Shown piece after piece: positions 10,781 to 20,043 of a stretch of 64,000 nt of DNA (position 1 is the first letter of the stretch; every line of letters starts with the position of its first letter). The DNA lies in the IMG/VR virus record IMGVR_UViG_3300020576_006344, positions 1-64,000 of that record; one strand, given 5' to 3'. A model generated the notes under the pieces. The model was given only the letters and a program-made list of their open reading frames with translations. It was not told the DNA's origin and searched no databases. The position numbers and the translations under genes are program-made. The stretch comes from a virus. Lineage: Duplodnaviria; Caudoviricetes.

Positions 10781-11317
10781 ATGAGACCAAAAAACGACAT
10801 CATAGGCAAGACATTCGGTAATTTGAAGGTAATCAAGGATGATGGCGCTCGCGCTGTCACCGGAGATGTATTGTGGCTGCTAAACTGTTCATGCGGTGAA
10901 GAGTGTAGAGCAACATCAAGCGACCTTAAAAGAGGAAGAAGAGGGTTTTGTCTCAAATGCAAGGATGCCATATCAACAAAATCACCGTTGAAAACGTTGT
11001 ATGGCAGCTATAGAAGAGGCGCTATAGCCAGAGGCTTGTCATTCAACATTTCTATTGAACAAATGCATGACATAATAGTCAAAAACTGCCACTATTGCGG
11101 TACTCCACCGATGCAATGGCTCAAGAAAAAACAGGCCAAGAAAGGCATTACATACAATGGAATAGACAGAAGAGATAGTTCGATAGGGTACGAGCTATCA
11201 AACTGTTATCCTTGCTGTAAGTTTTGCAACTACGCAAAGATGAGCTTCCCATTACAGGAGTTCGAGCAGTGGATGAATAGGTTGGTCAAATACAGAACCA
11301 CTAAAGGTGATATTTGA
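10781..11317 (+). CDS. Free-standing HNH homing endonuclease
   Basis: N-terminal IGKTFGNLKVI..WLLNCSCG domain, then CHYCG...NGIDRRDSSIGYELSNCYPCCKFCN. Visibly AT-richer than flanks and on the opposite strand. Confidence 0.85.
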   Translation: MRPKNDIIGKTFGNLKVIKDDGARAVTGDVLWLLNCSCGEECRATSSDLKRGRRGFCLKCKDAISTKSPLKTLYGSYRRGAIARGLSFNISIEQMHDIIVKNCHYCGTPPMQWLKKKQAKKGITYNGIDRRDSSIGYELSNCYPCCKFCNYAKMSFPLQEFEQWMNRLVKYRTTKGDI

Positions 11318-11681
11318 TTACTCTCAAAGGAATCCCTTTGGCTTCAGTAATGTTGATCATGTGAGCAGAGCCACGGCTTATTCCGTCCCAAAATACTATG
11401 ACTGCGTCGGCTGATTGTAACATTTGAGCGTTTCTAATCATGCCTCCTCCTTTTCCGTGATTGACCCAATCAGCAGGATACCGGTGGATTTGATATCCGC
11501 GCTCGTTCGCATACTGTTCTCCCATCTTGTCGGCTCCACCAGCGGTACCAGACACGATGGCAATGTCATGCGTGTCGGCTTTTGCCTTCAGGATGGCGTC
11601 GCACTTGGAACGCATGAGTTCAATGTCACTGAAGGAGCGGGAGCCAGCGATTATCACTCGGAACAATGGCTTCATATCCAT
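11301..11681 (-). CDS. YspA/DUF2493 SLOG-family protein
   Basis: RVIIAGSRSFSD...IVSGTAGGADKMGE...ADW...RNAQM...VFWDGISRGSAHM. Confidence 0.8.
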   Translation of the reverse strand: MDMKPLFRVIIAGSRSFSDIELMRSKCDAILKAKADTHDIAIVSGTAGGADKMGEQYANERGYQIHRYPADWVNHGKGGGMIRNAQMLQSADAVIVFWDGISRGSAHMINITEAKGIPLRVIKYHL

Positions 11682-11983
11682 CTCTTTTTCAACCAGTGGG
11701 CACGTGTCTCGGCATCAACAGAGCACTGAGGACCGGGATTGTCCATGTATATTCCTCCCTTGTACCAATAGCCCTTGAGCCTGTTGTAGGTCCCGCGTTT
11801 GGTGTCGAACTGGAACTGGAGGTTCACGTTGTCGAGGTTCTTGTCGAGGTCCAGTTTCTCGTCCATATACGAGTAGTGCTTCTGCTCATAGAAGGGTTTG
11901 GAGTTCATCCAGAACCCAACGTTCCACGTGGTGTTGAGCCAGTAGAACCGCAGAATAGAGAGTTTCCACAATCGTTTCAGCAT
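11672..11983 (-). CDS. Hypothetical protein
   Basis: 103-aa ORF coupled to neighbours by stop/start overlap. Confidence 0.55.
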   Translation of the reverse strand: MLKRLWKLSILRFYWLNTTWNVGFWMNSKPFYEQKHYSYMDEKLDLDKNLDNVNLQFQFDTKRGTYNRLKGYWYKGGIYMDNPGPQCSVDAETRAHWLKKRWI

Positions 11984-12228
11984 TACTCGAACGGACCCGA
12001 TATGGTCACTTTGCAGAGCAAAAGGTACGAGAAGAAAATGATGATCAAGGCAAGGCAGGCACTCACCATGTAGAACACGGCATTGTACTTCAGCCTGTCC
12101 ATAGGAGTGGTGTTCTCTATGTAGACATCGGTCGCTCTAGCCTGCTTCCAATCCCGGAACAAATGGCGGAACAACAGCCCTACGGCCACTATCAATAGTG
12201 CGCATGTCGCCTTGAAGATAATGACCAC
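11983..12228 (-). CDS. Small membrane protein (2 TM)
   Basis: Two hydrophobic stretches in 81 aa. Confidence 0.6.
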   Translation of the reverse strand: MVIIFKATCALLIVAVGLLFRHLFRDWKQARATDVYIENTTPMDRLKYNAVFYMVSACLALIIIFFSYLLLCKVTISGPFE

Positions 12229-12234
12229 AATTGC

Positions 12235-12513
12235 TTACTCAGATGGTTGTGCCGTTTCCGTCGCCGCCTCCTGCCTCTTTTTCTGGATCTCGGCGTGGGC
12301 CTGTGCGATCAGATTGTACGTGATGGTGTACTTCTGCTCGGCATCGGCCGCGCGCTCGATTCGCTCCTTGAAGTAATCGATGACCTTTTGCTGGTCCATG
12401 TACGTGGCGGTGTTCAACATCGTGTTGATCTCACCATACATGGATTTGCGCTTGGTGTCATAATCCATCAACAAGTGCATCAGTGCCTCTATGGCCTTAT
12501 CAGTGTTCTGCAT
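12235..12513 (-). CDS. Hypothetical helical protein
   Basis: 92-aa ORF in operon. Confidence 0.6.
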   Translation of the reverse strand: MQNTDKAIEALMHLLMDYDTKRKSMYGEINTMLNTATYMDQQKVIDYFKERIERAADAEQKYTITYNLIAQAHAEIQKKRQEAATETAQPSE

Positions 12514-13072
12514 TCTCTTTCGTTTTCTTGGTCTTGGTCTTGGTCTTCGCTTCCTTGGCCTGCTCGGCGATGCGCGACGTGGCCAAGTGGACCACTTCGC
12601 TGCTCTTGAGCACGGCGTCGGCGCCCCAATAGTGCATGTTGTCCATGTACTCGCGGCAGTCGAACGGGCCCTTCTTGATCTTGGTGGTCACGTCAATGCC
12701 CACTTCCTTGGTCTCCACATCAACGCCGCAGAGGAGGCGGTCCAGTTGAATGAACTTGTTCTTCTTGTCCAGTTCCCTCCACGTAGGGTAGTACACCGTC
12801 AGGACGTAATCGTACTCATCGAATACGGCCCTTTCCTTCTCGCTGCGCGCCGAGAGTTCGCCTATGGTGAACTTGCCACCCTCCTTCTTCGACTTACTGG
12901 TATACAGGAACTTGATCCTGTCGACGTTCAGGTCGTAGTTGTGAGGGGTCTGTCTCTGGATGCTGCGGGCCATGGGTGCCAACTCGTCGTCGGCGTCCAT
13001 GAACTCGATGGGACCAAGCATGTCAGGGGTGACGGCCTCTACGTCCGCCATTGCAAAGTCTTCTGCTTTCAT
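12500..13072 (-). CDS. Phage metallopeptidase-like protein, HExxH absent
   Basis: IKFLY...KKEGGKFTIG...DYVLTVYYPTWRELD...LDRLLCG resembles the putative phage metallopeptidase family, which normally has DHELxH. Confidence 0.55.
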   Translation of the reverse strand: MKAEDFAMADVEAVTPDMLGPIEFMDADDELAPMARSIQRQTPHNYDLNVDRIKFLYTSKSKKEGGKFTIGELSARSEKERAVFDEYDYVLTVYYPTWRELDKKNKFIQLDRLLCGVDVETKEVGIDVTTKIKKGPFDCREYMDNMHYWGADAVLKSSEVVHLATSRIAEQAKEAKTKTKTKKTKENAEH

Positions 13073-13090
13073 GTGCTTCTTGTTTCCCAG

Positions 13091-13098
13091 CAAAAGTA
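13091..13098 (-). promoter_or_regulatory. Bacteroidota-type -7 promoter box TACTTTTG
   Basis: Matches TAnnTTTG, 18 nt upstream of ATG 13072. Confidence 0.5.
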
Positions 13099-13125
13099 AT
13101 GACTTTCATGAGAAAACCCAAGACA

Positions 13126-13623
13126 CTATTCTGCGTTCTGTTCTCTGTTCTTCACGGCGCTCCACGCGGACCTCTCCCTTGTACGGGTGGCGCTCATCAT
13201 ATTGGTGTCCATGGTACCCATACCCATGTTGACCCCAGCACCGCCCATGGTCCGGGCGGTCTTCTTCGATCGAAGGTTGCCATCGCGGATGCGGTCCAAC
13301 TCACGCTTGACCCATGCGTACGTGACATCCCCACCGTGCAGTTCCCACGCCGCATGGTTCTGGCCCTTGGTCTCCTCCTCGGTGTCAAAAAAGGACTTCA
13401 GCCGTTTCATCTGTGAGAAGGTCATGGTCTCGCCAGCAGCCAGTCGTCTTGCTTTGTCAGCGCCGTTCCCTTTGTCGCCGTTCATGGAGGATGGACGTAC
13501 CGTCTCTAGGGCCTTTTGGGCCGCGCTGATCACTTCATGAGGAGGGGTGAAGGTCTTGTTGTCGTCGAACTCCAATGCCTCCTTGATCAACATCCTGACG
13601 ATGCTATGGAGGTTGTCCGTCAT
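13126..13623 (-). CDS. Head-associated protein
   Basis: PPHEVISAAQKAL...ARRLAAGE...MKRLKSFF...AWELHGGD..AW pattern, as seen in phage head-gene domains. N-terminal LIKE. Confidence 0.55.
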   Translation of the reverse strand: MTDNLHSIVRMLIKEALEFDDNKTFTPPHEVISAAQKALETVRPSSMNGDKGNGADKARRLAAGETMTFSQMKRLKSFFDTEEETKGQNHAAWELHGGDVTYAWVKRELDRIRDGNLRSKKTARTMGGAGVNMGMGTMDTNMMSATRTRERSAWSAVKNREQNAE

Positions 13624-13979
13624 TTTCCTTCTACCATCTTGAGAAGCGCCTGCTTGATGTCAAGAGGAAGCTTCGATGGGAACCCGAGGTTGCTCAGGTG
13701 CCAATTGATCTCATCGTAGAAGGACACATTGTTGATGGGCGCCCCGCTTGTGAGCACGCGCTCAATGGCGATCTTTAGCCCTTCCTCGGGCTTCAGCGCA
13801 CCGGTAACGTCGGTAACGTTGCCCCACTGCTGTTTGCCAGCGCCTATGGTGCTGACGGTCTGCGCCATAGCACCGTTGTTGGTGGAGGTGAACGCTTCGT
13901 TCACCTCTGGCAGTCCACAGTTCCTGCGGAGTTGCTCGTATTCCTTCTGAAGCCTCTTATCTGTGTTCATGATTACCAA
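13620..13979 (-). CDS. Hypothetical (probable virion) protein
   Basis: 119-aa ORF in a TATTTA-led operon. Confidence 0.55.
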   Translation of the reverse strand: MVIMNTDKRLQKEYEQLRRNCGLPEVNEAFTSTNNGAMAQTVSTIGAGKQQWGNVTDVTGALKPEEGLKIAIERVLTSGAPINNVSFYDEINWHLSNLGFPSKLPLDIKQALLKMVEGK

Positions 13980-14440
13980 GTTATTATACCTATTCCCAGA
14001 TCGCCGCTGTACATACGGGATGGGCGGGAGAATCCGCTCTGATAGACCTTATCTAGGTCCCAGACCGATTGGCCCACCATTTTGCCGGTACCGTTCGGAG
14101 GGATATCGCCATCCCCATAGAGATTGCCGTCACCATCCACTATTTCCTCCATGGGTTGAAGCTGCTCTTCGGAGTGCTTCAGGTAGTGGATGACATAGGC
14201 CTTGAATACGTTGGCGTACTTGTCCTTGTTGGCGGCGAACCACTTTTTGAACTGGCCGTACTTGGTCAATATGGATGCCTCTTTACCATAAGTGGTCTGG
14301 AAATCAACGCGTAGGTAGTCTTCCTCAGGGTTGATCTTCACGTCCCGGACGACACCGATGACAGAGTGGTCTATGTGCGTGTGGCCCTCAGATTCATTGA
14401 GGAACTTCAGCACCTTGTTGCGCAGATCGGGTCTCATCAC
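13973..14440 (-). CDS. Hypothetical (probable virion) protein
   Basis: FLNES motif near the N-terminus, TATTTA upstream. Confidence 0.6.
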   Translation of the reverse strand: MMRPDLRNKVLKFLNESEGHTHIDHSVIGVVRDVKINPEEDYLRVDFQTTYGKEASILTKYGQFKKWFAANKDKYANVFKAYVIHYLKHSEEQLQPMEEIVDGDGNLYGDGDIPPNGTGKMVGQSVWDLDKVYQSGFSRPSRMYSGDLGIGIITW

Positions 14441-14443
14441 CCA

Positions 14444-14449
14444 TAAATA
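14444..14449 (-). promoter_or_regulatory. TATTTA candidate late promoter
   Basis: Immediately upstream of 13973..14440. Confidence 0.6.
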
Positions 14450-14453
14450 GCTT

Positions 14454-14834
14454 TCAGCCGCTCAGTCTGGCCTTCCAGTCTTCAATCAGGTCTTGGCGGA
14501 TAGAGTAGTTGCCGATGACGCCGTTGACGCCGTCCGCCCTTTCCACCACGGTTGGCATGCCAACCGAGTCTTTGCGAGAGAAGGCGTTGACGGTGTACAA
14601 GTCTGGCATCGGTCCGGGTCTATAATACAAGGAGATGGGCTTGTCGAACACCACCTTCGACCTCTTGATGCCTCCGCCATGGGTGGTCCAACTTTTCTCC
14701 AGAACGTTCCCCTTTGCCATGTAGTACGCCAGCACCCGTTGGCCTTGGGACTCAACAAACCCCACCAGTTCCCTCTCTGTGTCGTATAGGAAGGACTTAA
14801 CGGTTTCGGTATCGGATGTCAGTGGTGCGCTCAT
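14454..14834 (-). CDS. Hypothetical protein
   Basis: Likely start MSAPLTSD at 14834. The longer track start overlaps the upstream gene heavily. Confidence 0.55.
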   Translation of the reverse strand: MSAPLTSDTETVKSFLYDTERELVGFVESQGQRVLAYYMAKGNVLEKSWTTHGGGIKRSKVVFDKPISLYYRPGPMPDLYTVNAFSRKDSVGMPTVVERADGVNGVIGNYSIRQDLIEDWKARLSG

Positions 14835-16977
14835 CGTATGTGATGTCCTTTGCCTCCAGCCAGCGACGCACGTGTTCTTTGACCGTGTCACTGGCTTGCG
14901 CGTTCTTGTACTCCTTGAGTTGGTCGAACTCCAAGAAGCCGAACCTGTCCACGGTGAAGCCGATCGTGAACCGACGAGCCTCCTTGGGATCATCCGATTT
15001 GGAGTGGTCCAGCAGTCGCGCCACCAGATAGATGCCTTGAGAGACCTTGGCGCCATATTGCGCCTGAGAACTCATCATGATGTGCCCCTCTTTCATGAAG
15101 TCGCTCATGGTGCGCAAAAGCTGCACCTCGATCGGGCCGTCATAGTCGCCATTCTCTTCCAACCGTTCGTACTTGCTCACGAACTTGTGATAGGAGCTAT
15201 CCTTCTCCAGACCACTGCTCTCCATCAATCGATATTGGGCAGCGAGGCTATCGTGGAAGTTCTTCAGCTTCTTGTAGTCGCGTATCTTGTCGAAGTAGCG
15301 TGAGCGATCGAACATGTCCACGTCCGTGTCGGCCGGTTTGGCATCCGCCTTGGAGGTCAGGTCACGAAGCGACTCAAGCATCGAGATGGAGTCATCATAG
15401 ATGGTGAAGTCGAACCGCTCCATGAGCGAGTAGTCGAGGTCCTTCTCGTCCACCTCGTTCATGTTCTCTTGGAACATGCGCTTGCCCACGGTCTGTATAC
15501 GGATGAAGTCCTTGATGATCTTCGATAGTCTGTAGAATTCAGATTCGTCCATCTTCTCGCGCCAGTAGGCCACCTCAATGAAGTTGATGAGGTAGTCGAT
15601 CTCATACTTTTTCATCAGGTCCGTAAGTTCCTGCTTGTCATAGAACTTGAAGAACTTCACCAATCGCGCATAGTCGGCGAAGGTCCTGAGACGATCGTAG
15701 ATGTACTTGGTGATGGTGCCGTCCTCGATCACCGATGTTACGTCCGACTTCCCACCGCGCTCACCGCGTCCTGCCTCGGCAATGCGACGCGTGCGCATTT
15801 TGTCAAGCTTCTCTTGGTCGCGCACCCGTATGTTGAGCGTGGTGTGGCTTGCCGTAGAGGCTGTCGTGAAGGCGCTGTCGACAAACGCCATTGAAGGCAT
15901 GTCCTGATTGATGTCGGTCTTGATGTTGATCCTCTTGGGGGCCTCGTCGGGAATGTCTTTGTCCTGAATGATGGCCGCGCTCTTATCGGTGAGCACTATC
16001 TTTCCATCAGATGCTATGTCGGGCGTGTGTTCAGAGGGTCGGAACACATACTCGTTGACGCTGTTGCTGTCGTTGGAAAGTTCGTTCTTGATGCGTTTTA
16101 GGTACAACCCAGTGAGGTCGTTGAAAATATCAAGCGGTGCCGTAGATCCGGATTCCTTCATTTCATTCGATGAAGGCATGTCGCAGTTCATGATGAGGTC
16201 CGACAGGAACATTATGCTCTTGGTCAGGGCTATGGTGGATAGGTTCGGGAACTTCAGGATGCAGAAGAACACGCACAGCGCGCGTTTGATCTGATCGAAC
16301 CCGGCGTCGTTGATCCTGTTGCGCATCGGGGCGAGTATCTCCCCAACGATGTTCATCTTGCTGGCGTCCTGAGTGACATGTCCTAGCCAATTGAGGAACA
16401 TGTGCAATTCGTGGATGTCGTAGATGGTCCTTACGGTGTCCATCGCGAAGAACTCTTCGACAGCGCTGACGATATTGTCGAGATCCAATTGTTTTCCATG
16501 TCTGAGCGCCAGCTTGTTTTCCCAAGGGAAAGGCTCATACCATACCTCTCCTTCCTTTGGCATCACCTCAATGGACTTCTCTTGTTTGATGAACTTGACG
16601 GATGCGTCGACTGGATCGATGTAGGACTTAAGTCGCCAGAAGGATAGCTTGCCTTCACCCATCCACGTCTTGAACGAGAAGCCGCCCATGAAGTATGAGC
16701 CGACCGATATGAGCCGCGCCCGTTCATCCTGAATGAAGAAGTTGGTCTCGCACTCCGGGCATTTGAGCTTCTCGTGAGTAGAGAACATGATGAGTTCCTT
16801 CATATCCGCCAAAGATTCGGCCTCCGCCTCCGTCAGCCGCTCTCCGTAGTTGATCTCCTTTTCGAAGCGGGCCCCGCACTTGCAGATTACCTTGCTCATT
16901 CCGGCCTCCTCGTACACGAAGGAGTAGAGGTCCATGACCTCCTTCTTCTCCAATATGCTATCAATCGCTGTTTCCAT
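14797..16977 (-). CDS. Large protein with N-terminal Zn ribbon and degenerate C-terminal PcfJ-like domain
   Basis: CKCG...CPEC near the N-terminus. C-terminal KEGHIMMSSQAQY...FTIGF...DQLKEYKN. Start placed at METAID, downstream of the terminator. Confidence 0.6.
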   Translation of the reverse strand: METAIDSILEKKEVMDLYSFVYEEAGMSKVICKCGARFEKEINYGERLTEAEAESLADMKELIMFSTHEKLKCPECETNFFIQDERARLISVGSYFMGGFSFKTWMGEGKLSFWRLKSYIDPVDASVKFIKQEKSIEVMPKEGEVWYEPFPWENKLALRHGKQLDLDNIVSAVEEFFAMDTVRTIYDIHELHMFLNWLGHVTQDASKMNIVGEILAPMRNRINDAGFDQIKRALCVFFCILKFPNLSTIALTKSIMFLSDLIMNCDMPSSNEMKESGSTAPLDIFNDLTGLYLKRIKNELSNDSNSVNEYVFRPSEHTPDIASDGKIVLTDKSAAIIQDKDIPDEAPKRINIKTDINQDMPSMAFVDSAFTTASTASHTTLNIRVRDQEKLDKMRTRRIAEAGRGERGGKSDVTSVIEDGTITKYIYDRLRTFADYARLVKFFKFYDKQELTDLMKKYEIDYLINFIEVAYWREKMDESEFYRLSKIIKDFIRIQTVGKRMFQENMNEVDEKDLDYSLMERFDFTIYDDSISMLESLRDLTSKADAKPADTDVDMFDRSRYFDKIRDYKKLKNFHDSLAAQYRLMESSGLEKDSSYHKFVSKYERLEENGDYDGPIEVQLLRTMSDFMKEGHIMMSSQAQYGAKVSQGIYLVARLLDHSKSDDPKEARRFTIGFTVDRFGFLEFDQLKEYKNAQASDTVKEHVRRWLEAKDITYDERTTDIRYRNR

Positions 16978-17004
16978 CAGAGGAAATATATGCGCACGAG
17001 GTGT

Positions 17005-17036
17005 AAAACGAGGAAGGGCGCATCGCTGCGCCCTTC
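17005..17036 (-). terminator. Probable Rho-independent terminator
   Basis: Minus strand GAAGGGCGCA-GCGA-TGCGCCCTTC then CTCGTTTT, after the stop at 17058. Confidence 0.65.
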
Positions 17037-17057
17037 TCTTCAATTTGGATATCTCTA

Positions 17058-17687
17058 TCAGAGAAGCTCGGAGATCTTCTTCGCCTCTTCCTTGATGTAC
17101 TTCAGCAGTTCTGCCTTGTTCTTGAACGTGGTGCCTTCCTTCATCTGGATGGCATCGGCGATGCGCTTCTTCTTCTCATCGCTCTCTGGCGCGTCTTCCT
17201 TGAAGTCGGCCTTCTTTTGACCAGTGGTAGCGGGTTGGTCTCCGACTCCACCGTCACCAGCTTTCACAAAGGTCTTGGCTCCAGCGTTCTCGTCGGTGCC
17301 ATCCATCTTGTTCATGCCCTCCTTGGGCTTCTCGACGAACGGACCGCCCGCCTTTACGGAGGCTGCTGCGCTGTCTTTCTCTTCCATGTTGGCCGTGTGT
17401 TGACCAGCGGTAGGGCCTTTGTTGCCCTTGGCAGCGCCCGCCTTCACTTTCACCTGTGCGCCAGTGGCCTCAGTGCCATTCTCGGCCTCAGTGTTCATGT
17501 CGACGTTCATTGGGTCGTCGGCGCCAACGGTGGTACCGAGCTTGCCTCCTTCATCGGCCATGGTGTTCAGTTTCACTTTCATTGGGTCACCAAGGCTCTT
17601 GACGCCTTCGGATTCCATGATGCGAGTGACGCGCTGCTTGATGATGGCTCTAAGTCCATCGACGTTTACCTTTCTAATTTGAGCCAT
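17058..17687 (-). CDS. Probable head-internal / scaffold-like protein
   Basis: Low-complexity G/A/K/D/E-rich, IMES and IKEEA motifs, own TATTTA and terminator. Confidence 0.6.
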   Translation of the reverse strand: MAQIRKVNVDGLRAIIKQRVTRIMESEGVKSLGDPMKVKLNTMADEGGKLGTTVGADDPMNVDMNTEAENGTEATGAQVKVKAGAAKGNKGPTAGQHTANMEEKDSAAASVKAGGPFVEKPKEGMNKMDGTDENAGAKTFVKAGDGGVGDQPATTGQKKADFKEDAPESDEKKKRIADAIQMKEGTTFKNKAELLKYIKEEAKKISELL

Positions 17688-17704
17688 CGGGTATGGTTTG
17701 ACAA

Positions 17705-17710
17705 TAAATA
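17705..17710 (-). promoter_or_regulatory. TATTTA candidate late promoter
   Basis: 17 nt upstream of ATG 17687. Confidence 0.6.
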
Positions 17711-17726
17711 AGGCGAAAAAGCCTGT

Positions 17727-18707
17727 TTACTTCTTGGGATGCTTGAGTTTCACTCGCTTGAGGTCCATGCGGAAGTACTCGCCGTCCATTTCAATGAGTT
17801 TGGCGCTGGGGTTGTCGAACTTGTGCGTGGTCTTCACCTCCTTGAAGTACTTCTTGCCCTTGTTCTCGTCCAGCACGGTCTTGATCATCTCTTTGGCCAT
17901 GGACATGGCCATCTCCTGCATCAGTCGCTGATCATACTGTTGACGACCACCGGTGTTGGCGAGATAACGGTCATCGTCACCTTCCATCACATCGGTATCT
18001 CCCTCCAGTTCACGGTAGTCGAGACCTGCGGACCTGCCCCGAGCGCTGACCTTGTTCATGATCTGAGCCATGGGATTGAACGGAACGGAAGCGGCGTAAC
18101 CGTCTCCCAATTCAGTGTTGTGTCCACGCTCTGCCATCAGGGGTCCTTGAGCCTTATAGCCGCCAGAATACCCGCCGCCTCCACCGAATAATGCATCCAC
18201 CTCTTGTGTGAGTCGAGAGACTTCCGGGTCCGTGCGCACTCCAACCTTTGTTAGAGCTACAGGGTCCTCCACACTCACTCGGTATCTGTCGTCGCTCAAC
18301 CCCGCCTTATTTTGCTGTGGGCCACGCGGACGTTGACGCCTACGATCGTTAGCTGGCATCATGGTGTTGGTGTTAAGCGCTGCCGCTTTCCCACCACGAT
18401 CGACGTAGTTCTGTTCGCTGTTCTCGGGTCTATGGAAGTTGGCGCCTATGCGTGGTGGAGCTTCCATTCCGAACTGGAAGGATTGAGCCCTGTCCAACTC
18501 GCTGAGCTTGTCCTTGAGCCCACCGCTCAGAACGTGTCCGAAACGGTTCATGAGGACACTTCTGTGGATAGGCGGTGGAGCCATGATGCCAGCGCCGTCG
18601 CCGTAGCTGCTGTCGGGACGGGCATTGGACATTGTACCGGCACGTTCCGGTATGCCCATCATTCTCCTGCGCTGGGTCTGGAAGTCAATTGCCGCTTGGT
18701 TGCTCAT
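17727..18707 (-). CDS. Hypothetical, largely disordered protein
   Basis: 326-aa G/P/M/R-rich ORF. Confidence 0.65.
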   Translation of the reverse strand: MSNQAAIDFQTQRRRMMGIPERAGTMSNARPDSSYGDGAGIMAPPPIHRSVLMNRFGHVLSGGLKDKLSELDRAQSFQFGMEAPPRIGANFHRPENSEQNYVDRGGKAAALNTNTMMPANDRRRQRPRGPQQNKAGLSDDRYRVSVEDPVALTKVGVRTDPEVSRLTQEVDALFGGGGGYSGGYKAQGPLMAERGHNTELGDGYAASVPFNPMAQIMNKVSARGRSAGLDYRELEGDTDVMEGDDDRYLANTGGRQQYDQRLMQEMAMSMAKEMIKTVLDENKGKKYFKEVKTTHKFDNPSAKLIEMDGEYFRMDLKRVKLKHPKK

Positions 18708-19059
18708 CTGGCTCGGTATCTATTCGTACGTTGGTTATCTTGAACCCGTATACGAAGGAGAATTTCGACTTTCTGTCCTTCGTACCGCACTCATAAATAT
18801 CCATGAACTTGTCATACTGAGGGTTGGTCATCTCCAACTTGCATGTCAGGCCGTTCTTGGTGATTATCTCTCTGGCCTTGCGGAACTTGATGCGTCCTAT
18901 TTCGGATGTCAACACGTTCTTCAGTTCGATGTAGCTCTCCTGTTCCAAGTCATGGTAAGAGACCGAGTCGCCATAGAACTCCTCGAATTGGTTCATCGTC
19001 CCATCATAGACAAGGTCAATGAGCAGTTTAACATCGTTCTTCTTGTTCGCTTTAGTCAT
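18685..19059 (-). CDS. Hypothetical protein
   Basis: 124-aa ORF in operon. Confidence 0.55.
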   Translation of the reverse strand: MTKANKKNDVKLLIDLVYDGTMNQFEEFYGDSVSYHDLEQESYIELKNVLTSEIGRIKFRKAREIITKNGLTCKLEMTNPQYDKFMDIYECGTKDRKSKFSFVYGFKITNVRIDTEPDEQPSGN

Positions 19060-19363
19060 ACTTGTATATGATTACTTCTTCGTTGTCCGCATTCCACCAA
19101 GCGTAGTGGCCACACTTGTCCTTGCTCATGAAGAACAAGCTGGAGATGGATGGCGTCTTCATGTTCTTGACGCGAGCACGCATCTGCTGTACGGATTCTG
19201 TGATCTCGGGATCATCAGCTTTCATCTCGCGCAGCGTCCTGAGGGAATCCGACAGGTCCTTCTTCAGGAAGGCTACGATATCATCGCGGAATTCCTTCTG
19301 ATTCTCTATTATCTGCTTGATCGTATGCAAATCGAAGGAGAATATATGCTCAGCTAAGAGCAA
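19052..19363 (-). CDS. Hypothetical protein
   Basis: 103-aa ORF in operon. Confidence 0.55.
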   Translation of the reverse strand: MLLAEHIFSFDLHTIKQIIENQKEFRDDIVAFLKKDLSDSLRTLREMKADDPEITESVQQMRARVKNMKTPSISSLFFMSKDKCGHYAWWNADNEEVIIYKYD

Positions 19364-19372
19364 ACTAAAACG

Positions 19373-20011
19373 TCAGACACCCATCGGGTTAGGCGCTCCG
19401 CCCGGAGGCGTCTCTGGCCCGCCCGGCGCCTCACCTTGCTGCCCCACCATTGGAGCGGCTGGCCCTTGACTGTCCTTGGCCTGCATGCTCTCACCTCCAT
19501 CAGGAGCGAGAAGCTTGGCTCTCCAGTCCTTTTGCCATGAATCGTAGTAGTTGGCCATGTCAGCGATAAGGTCGCGGTTCATGGGCGTTACCTTCAGGCC
19601 ACTGGTCTCGATGCGGAAGCCGTTGGGGATGGAGAACATCCAGCGGATGTCACCATCCCCACCAAGGGAGATGGTGCCGCTGGCCACAACACTTACTCCG
19701 TTCTCGTTCTTCAGGAGGATGGAGTGACCGTTCTTTTGTTGGTCGAAGTTCAAGACAGCGTTCTGCGAACCGGAGACTATCTCGTTCATCTTCTGCTCGA
19801 AGGCGGTTATGTCGCTCTGATTGATCTTGGCCACGCGGTCAAAATCCTCCTTTAGCGTGGGCATACCCCCGTGGAACAGAATGCCGTCGAGTTCGTCATC
19901 CGACAGGTCGGGCGGGTCGTGAGGAGAAGCCGCGCGCTTCTTCTTGAGTTGGCCTACAGCCTCGTCATGGATCAGCTTCTGTATCAACTCTATCATTTGT
20001 CCCTTGCGCAT
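19373..20011 (-). CDS. Hypothetical (probable virion) protein
   Basis: Start MRKGQ at 20011 sits just below TATTTA. P/G-rich C-terminal tail. Confidence 0.6.
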   Translation of the reverse strand: MRKGQMIELIQKLIHDEAVGQLKKKRAASPHDPPDLSDDELDGILFHGGMPTLKEDFDRVAKINQSDITAFEQKMNEIVSGSQNAVLNFDQQKNGHSILLKNENGVSVVASGTISLGGDGDIRWMFSIPNGFRIETSGLKVTPMNRDLIADMANYYDSWQKDWRAKLLAPDGGESMQAKDSQGPAAPMVGQQGEAPGGPETPPGGAPNPMGV

Positions 20012-20017
20012 CTCACA

Positions 20018-20023
20018 TAAATA
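20018..20023 (-). promoter_or_regulatory. TATTTA candidate late promoter
   Basis: 6 nt upstream of ATG 20011. Confidence 0.6.
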
Positions 20024-20043
20024 GGCCCTCACAGCGGACCCGT

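Noticed and set aside
11983-12228. Holin call for the small 2-TM protein
   Set aside because: It is far from the endolysin and lies in an operon led by a host-type promoter. Hydrophobicity alone is insufficient.
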